DNA from: a virus
Lineage: Duplodnaviria; Caudoviricetes
Virus record (IMG/VR): IMGVR_UViG_3300032277_002987
Location: 1 to 38,972 of that record
Strand: one strand, 5' to 3'
DNA: 38,972 nucleotides
Shown here in pieces: positions 34,670-38,972 of this stretch. A program made the position numbers and the translations under genes. Position 1 is the stretch's first letter, and each line of letters begins with the position of its first letter. A model generated the notes under the pieces. It was not told the origin of the DNA, searched no databases, and saw only the letters and a list, made by a program, of their open reading frames with translations.

Positions 34670-35086
34670 ATGAAAGATATTTCGCAAGTCATAGCAAGGA
34701 TGGTTCAAGCACTTGGGTGTAAGAATGAAGCCCAAATGCTTAGAATGATTGAGCTATCTACCGGGGCGGCGTCGAACTGGAAAAAGCGGGGAGAGGTCCC
34801 TTTTAGCGCGATAAAAAGCGTATCTGGACTCACGGGATGTTTAGTTGACTGGATTCTTACTGGAAAAGGCGAAATGCGTCCAGGTGAAGCAACTGACAAA
34901 ACCGATCTAAAAACCATGCGCGCCGTGATCGAAGCCGTCGAAGAACACCTGCAAGCCGAAGGCTTGCAGCTACCACCAGCCAAAAAAGCTGAGTTGATCA
35001 CAACGCTCTATGAAATGTTTTCAGAAGAAGAGGGTAGGGCGGTCGACAAAAAAACCGTCGCCAAGCTGATTAAGCTGGCGAGTTGA
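34670..35086 (+). CDS. CI-like phage repressor (HTH; no S24 peptidase domain)
   Basis: AASNWKKRGEVP...VDWILTGKGEM matches the phage CI-repressor HTH; divergent from the early operon. Confidence 0.85.
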   Translation: MKDISQVIARMVQALGCKNEAQMLRMIELSTGAASNWKKRGEVPFSAIKSVSGLTGCLVDWILTGKGEMRPGEATDKTDLKTMRAVIEAVEEHLQAEGLQLPPAKKAELITTLYEMFSEEEGRAVDKKTVAKLIKLAS

Positions 35087-35100
35087 TGGAGGGGGCGCAA

Positions 35101-36657
35101 ATGTACACAGATTGGAAAACGAAGAAAAACTACTCGCCCAAGTCGATTCGACTTGACGCAAAAAACCCACGACTACACGACGTCCCAGGCAATTCCAACC
35201 AGGGCGTTATCGCCAACCTACTTCTTTCACAATACAACAGAGACATCCGTTCAATTGCCAAAAGCATAGTTGAAAAGGGTTACTTTCCTCACGAGGATAT
35301 CCTTCTAATTGAGGAAAGAAAAAAGCTTGTAGTTGTCGAGGGCAATTGTCGTATCTGTGCCTGCCTTGTGCTGCTCAATCCAGGGGTTGCTAAAGACCCG
35401 CGTGATAAAAATCATTTCACTCGGCTTGCACGAAAACTTCCTGAGCCAGCCAAAAATAGTTTTAAGAAAATTCCATGCTCAATCGCCCCGAGCCGTGAAC
35501 AGGCATATATTCTGATTGAAAGCCGCCACACTAGTGCGCCTATCAACCCGTGGACACCGTATGCGCAAGGCAATTTCTATCGATCACTACTGATTGAGGG
35601 CCGGTCTATTCAAGAGCTATCGGAAGAATTTAACCGTCCCGCTTCTGACATCAGAGGGAAGATAAGGGTTACAGGGGTCAGCGACATCATAATGCATCTA
35701 CCCGAAGCCTCGTTAAATCCAGGCGAATACACTGTAGATGTTAAAAAGACTGGCGAGGCGGCCGCCATCATTCTCCGCCTACTTCAAAGCAAAGAAGCCC
35801 AGAAATTCTTCGGGCTTAAGATCGATATGAACGACGTGGGTAATCTCTTAAGCAATGTATCTGAAGAGGATTTTCTAAGGGTCCTGTCCTCACTTGCGAA
35901 AGATGCTTTATTGAACAAGAGTACCAACGGCAAACCAATTATAGACACTCGGATCCTCAATGATGAAGACGGTCGAAAGGCATATTTAGCGAAATACTCT
36001 GGGGATATGCCACAGGGTAAGAGTGGGCACAGCTTTAACAGTGAAACATTTTTGGGTCGAGGGAAATCACAATCGGGGACAACGTCTGGTGATGGTGATA
36101 GTGCTTCTGGCACCGAGCCTAAACCTAAGACTAAGCGCCCGACCGATCAGTGGCTTATAAATCCGAACGTTGAAATTATTATCAAAAACGAAAAGGTTCG
36201 TGCCCTTGTTGGGGAGGCTCAAAGACTCAAGTGGAGCTCATTCCCACATACGGCCGGGCTACTCCTAAGAGCAATAATTGAATGCTCACTGAAATCCCGA
36301 ATGAAAGATTTGGGATTATGGAATGGAGTTGTCAAAGCCAATAAAGGAAACCCAGTCGTAGGTCTTAGTAAATTGATCGCGCAAACATTTGTCCATAAAA
36401 CGGTCTTAGACGATGCTGAGTTGTATGAGGGTTTCAAGAGTGACTTCCATACTGCTGCTGGCAACAAAAGGTTCAAGCTTGTTCTTGATTTCATCCAGCA
36501 CAATGACCAACATAGAATAACCAAGGAGGATCTTGGAGAAATACGCACAAGGACAGAGGCCCTTATTCGGCACCTTGTTGATACACTTCCTGCAATTGCA
36601 TCAAACTCTACTAGTTCGACAGACCCTTCTGTTGAAGTAGAGACCGAGCCTGCTTAG
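35101..36657 (+). CDS. ParB/Srx-like N-terminal domain plus HEPN-like C-terminal domain protein (candidate defence effector)
   Basis: LDAKNPRL, IAKSIVEKGY and VVEGNCR (ParB-like); AGLLLRAIIE...LDFIQHN (HEPN-like). GGAGG SD before ATG 35101. Confidence 0.7.
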   Translation: MYTDWKTKKNYSPKSIRLDAKNPRLHDVPGNSNQGVIANLLLSQYNRDIRSIAKSIVEKGYFPHEDILLIEERKKLVVVEGNCRICACLVLLNPGVAKDPRDKNHFTRLARKLPEPAKNSFKKIPCSIAPSREQAYILIESRHTSAPINPWTPYAQGNFYRSLLIEGRSIQELSEEFNRPASDIRGKIRVTGVSDIIMHLPEASLNPGEYTVDVKKTGEAAAIILRLLQSKEAQKFFGLKIDMNDVGNLLSNVSEEDFLRVLSSLAKDALLNKSTNGKPIIDTRILNDEDGRKAYLAKYSGDMPQGKSGHSFNSETFLGRGKSQSGTTSGDGDSASGTEPKPKTKRPTDQWLINPNVEIIIKNEKVRALVGEAQRLKWSSFPHTAGLLLRAIIECSLKSRMKDLGLWNGVVKANKGNPVVGLSKLIAQTFVHKTVLDDAELYEGFKSDFHTAAGNKRFKLVLDFIQHNDQHRITKEDLGEIRTRTEALIRHLVDTLPAIASNSTSSTDPSVEVETEPA

Positions 36658-36742
36658 TGAAGCAATACCAAGTAAATATTTGGTGGCCGCCGGCTCCTTT
36701 CTTTGCTACGATGCCCCTAATTACTGAATTAGGGGAAATCTA

Positions 36743-37606
36743 ATGCGATACAAAACACCACTGCGTTATCCAGGCGGCAAAGCCAAGCTTGCACCTTATA
36801 TCAAGCTTATCCTGGAAGAAAATTTTCTCCTTGACGGCCACTATGTGGAGCCATTCGCTGGTGGGGCCGGTATCGTTTTTGATCTGCTATACAACGAATA
36901 CGTATCGCATGCTCATATCAACGATCTCAACCGGCCAATTTATTGTTTTTGGGATGCCGTGCTGAACCATACAGACGAGCTTTGTCGCCTCATACGAGAT
37001 ACGCCCGTAACGATGGAAGAATGGCACCGGCACAAAGCAATCTACAAAACGCAGGATGACCAAACGGATTTTGATCTTGGATTTACAACGTTTTTTCTCA
37101 ACAGAACAAATCGTTCAGGCATTATCGGAGGTGGCGCAATCGGCGGGCTTGTCCAAACAAGTGAATGGGGTGTAGACGCCAGGTTCAATAAACAAGATCT
37201 TATTGCCCGTATTGAGAAAATTGCCACATATCGAAGCAGGATCTCGCTGTACAACCTGGATGCTAAAGATCTGTTGCGTAACGTGGTGCCAGGGTTGCCA
37301 GATAAAACTTTGGTCTACCTTGACCCTCCATACTATGTGAAGGGCAAGGCGCTATATCAAAATCATTTCATCCACGAAGACCATGTGTCACTCGCAGAGG
37401 TCGTGACGAACGATATCCGCCAAAACTGGATCGTTTCCTATGACTTTGAGCCAGTGATCAGCGATATATATAGCGAGTTCAGGCAGATTGATTACCAATT
37501 AAGCTACACCGCGGCCAAACGATCAAAAGGGTCAGAGTTGATGGTGTTTGATGATGCGCTCGTGATCCCTGATGTTGCGAGCCCTGCGAATGTTAAGGTG
37601 GCATAA
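36743..37606 (+). CDS. D12-class N6-adenine DNA methyltransferase
   Basis: TPLRYPGGKAKL, YVEPFAGGAG, LNRTNRSGI and DPPY motifs. Confidence 0.93.
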   Translation: MRYKTPLRYPGGKAKLAPYIKLILEENFLLDGHYVEPFAGGAGIVFDLLYNEYVSHAHINDLNRPIYCFWDAVLNHTDELCRLIRDTPVTMEEWHRHKAIYKTQDDQTDFDLGFTTFFLNRTNRSGIIGGGAIGGLVQTSEWGVDARFNKQDLIARIEKIATYRSRISLYNLDAKDLLRNVVPGLPDKTLVYLDPPYYVKGKALYQNHFIHEDHVSLAEVVTNDIRQNWIVSYDFEPVISDIYSEFRQIDYQLSYTAAKRSKGSELMVFDDALVIPDVASPANVKVA

Positions 37607-37685
37607 CGTATTATTGTTTAATTCATGACCTCGATATAAAACCTTAATACCTAAAGAGGCAAAGGTACTGGAAGGCATTGTTCAG

Positions 37686-38237
37686 TTGAGAAAATCATAT
37701 ATTCCAATAGCAATTATCTTTGCAATAGTTGCATATGTAGTTCGGGATAAGTACAAAGTAGAACTAGGCATTGGCGATTCTGTAGTTAGCTATTCTGGAA
37801 GCTTTATATCCGCTTATTCATTATTGATCGCGGTTCTTGAGATAGTTTCACTTAAGAGTTCAGCAGAATTAACCAAGTCTGCTGCAATAGAAATAAAAGA
37901 TGCAATCTTTAACTTAATTGACACGAAAGAAATGGGTAAAGCCATAGAACTTATTCCATTTATAAAAAATGCTATAAGCAATAATGATTACGGAAGAGCA
38001 AGTTCAAATCTTGAAAAATTTTCTACCTCATACTGTGAAATTTTCAATATTTCGGAAGATCCTGCAATTCCACAAAGAAAAACATTTGACCATATCCATG
38101 TCATTATCGATCGACTTGAAAAAACATGTTTGCATGGGCAGAAATTAACGATAGCTGAAATCGACAAAATATATTCATTGTTATCAAAAATACAGGTAGA
38201 GCTTAAAATTGAGAGTAACAGAAGGGGCAGGAGATAA
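37686..38237 (+). CDS. Hypothetical membrane protein (two N-terminal TM helices)
   Basis: AT-rich ORF with two hydrophobic segments followed by a helical domain. Confidence 0.7.
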   Translation: MRKSYIPIAIIFAIVAYVVRDKYKVELGIGDSVVSYSGSFISAYSLLIAVLEIVSLKSSAELTKSAAIEIKDAIFNLIDTKEMGKAIELIPFIKNAISNNDYGRASSNLEKFSTSYCEIFNISEDPAIPQRKTFDHIHVIIDRLEKTCLHGQKLTIAEIDKIYSLLSKIQVELKIESNRRGRR

Positions 38238-38239
38238 AA

Positions 38240-38560
38240 ATGATTCCACATGCGTATCGAGATTTTATCTATAAGTTGATTTCTGCGACAGAAACAAACG
38301 AGGTTTCTTGGGAGGAGATCGACCCAAAATCTTTTATTTGTAGGCGTGAAAAAGTAACTGCTACCATAAGCCATTACTTTAACGATGATACAGAAAAGCT
38401 ATATTACTATTTCAACTATCACAACATTGTAAATGGTAACAAGGCTGGTTTTGGCATTTCAAGTGATGACGAAGATTTCGAAACAATGGATAGGCTGTTC
38501 GATGCATCAAATGCTAATGCCTATAACATTGAAGATGAGTTAAGCGATTTTTTTGAGTAG
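38240..38560 (+). CDS. Hypothetical acidic protein
   Basis: AGGAG SD; 2 nt after the preceding stop; AT-rich. Confidence 0.7.
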   Translation: MIPHAYRDFIYKLISATETNEVSWEEIDPKSFICRREKVTATISHYFNDDTEKLYYYFNYHNIVNGNKAGFGISSDDEDFETMDRLFDASNANAYNIEDELSDFFE

Positions 38561-38615
38561 CAATGGGGTCAGCCCTTAAAACAGGTCAAGCAACAACACG
38601 GCAGCAGGGGGTAGC

Positions 38616-38897
38616 GTGCAAGATATCACAGACATCAACACCAAAAAAACCAGAATAGCCCGACTCCTCAGCGAAGCCACCAGCGTGCCAGCTGCCGAGC
38701 AGTCAAAGCCCCAGCTGACACTCTTCACCCTGCTGGCCCTCGGGCTGATCGGCACCATGCTGCCGGCTCAGGTGCTGGTCGGGTTCTTCTCTATCGTAAG
38801 CCTTAGCATCACCATCATCTACCTGACCCTGGCCTGGAAAAAACAAGCCCGTTTCAGCAAACGCGCCTCGGGGATCCTGATTGTAGTGGTTCAATAA
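38616..38897 (+). CDS. Possible small membrane protein
   Basis: Two hydrophobic segments; start codon uncertain. Confidence 0.35.
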   Translation: MQDITDINTKKTRIARLLSEATSVPAAEQSKPQLTLFTLLALGLIGTMLPAQVLVGFFSIVSLSITIIYLTLAWKKQARFSKRASGILIVVVQ

Positions 38898-38972
38898 AAC
38901 CGGACACCAATTAGGGTGGTATAGTCGCCACCAAAGAGAGGTGTTCAATGAATCAAAGAAACAGACGATCAT

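Larger units (their letters stand above)
1..38972. mobile_element. Lambda-like siphovirus prophage (probably partial; integrase and att sites not seen)
   Basis: Contiguous head, tail, lysis, packaging, replication and immunity modules. No sheath or baseplate genes. No host housekeeping genes in the window. Confidence 0.95.

Noticed and set aside
1-38972. tRNA/rRNA genes, integrase, attL/attR, host taxonomy
   Set aside because: None recognisable by eye. The host cannot be assigned reliably without database searches.

Overview
The window is almost entirely one temperate, lambda-like (long non-contractile tail) prophage. No integrase or att site is visible, and both edges fall inside phage-type genes. 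Minus strand, read right to left: early regulators (XRE HTH, CII-family), a C5 cytosine MTase, gpZ-like tail protein, a lambda-type cos site, a P4-type replication module (Zn-ribbon/HTH, D5/SF3 helicase, AT-rich iteron ori, Zn-finger/Toprim primase), terS/terL, an accessory island, gpW, portal, ClpP protease/scaffold, gpD, gpE, head-tail joining genes, a lysis cassette, tail tube, frameshifted G/GT chaperones, tape measure, tail tip and fibre genes, and a terminal D12 adenine MTase. Plus strand at the right: a CI-like repressor without an S24 domain, followed by lysogeny-expressed cargo (ParB-like/HEPN-like protein plus D12 MTase, and AT-rich hypotheticals). The best candidate for an undescribed system is in the accessory island: a YhaV RNase toxin whose partner is a TPR-like protein ending in a PrlF-like toxin-binding helix, i.e. 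a possible sensor-fused TA/anti-phage module. Other highlights: a C4/CI-type RNA immunity switch driving a Rha protein fused to a copy of the helicase winged-helix domain; a major capsid protein with a signal-peptide-like leader; matched acidic/basic hexapeptide repeats flanking an inserted domain in the tail tip protein; a cos site separated from terS by the replication module; a domesticated IS1595-like N-terminal domain; and a promoter-driven structured antisense RNA upstream of the terminal MTase. All family assignments come from motif recognition by eye, not database searches.
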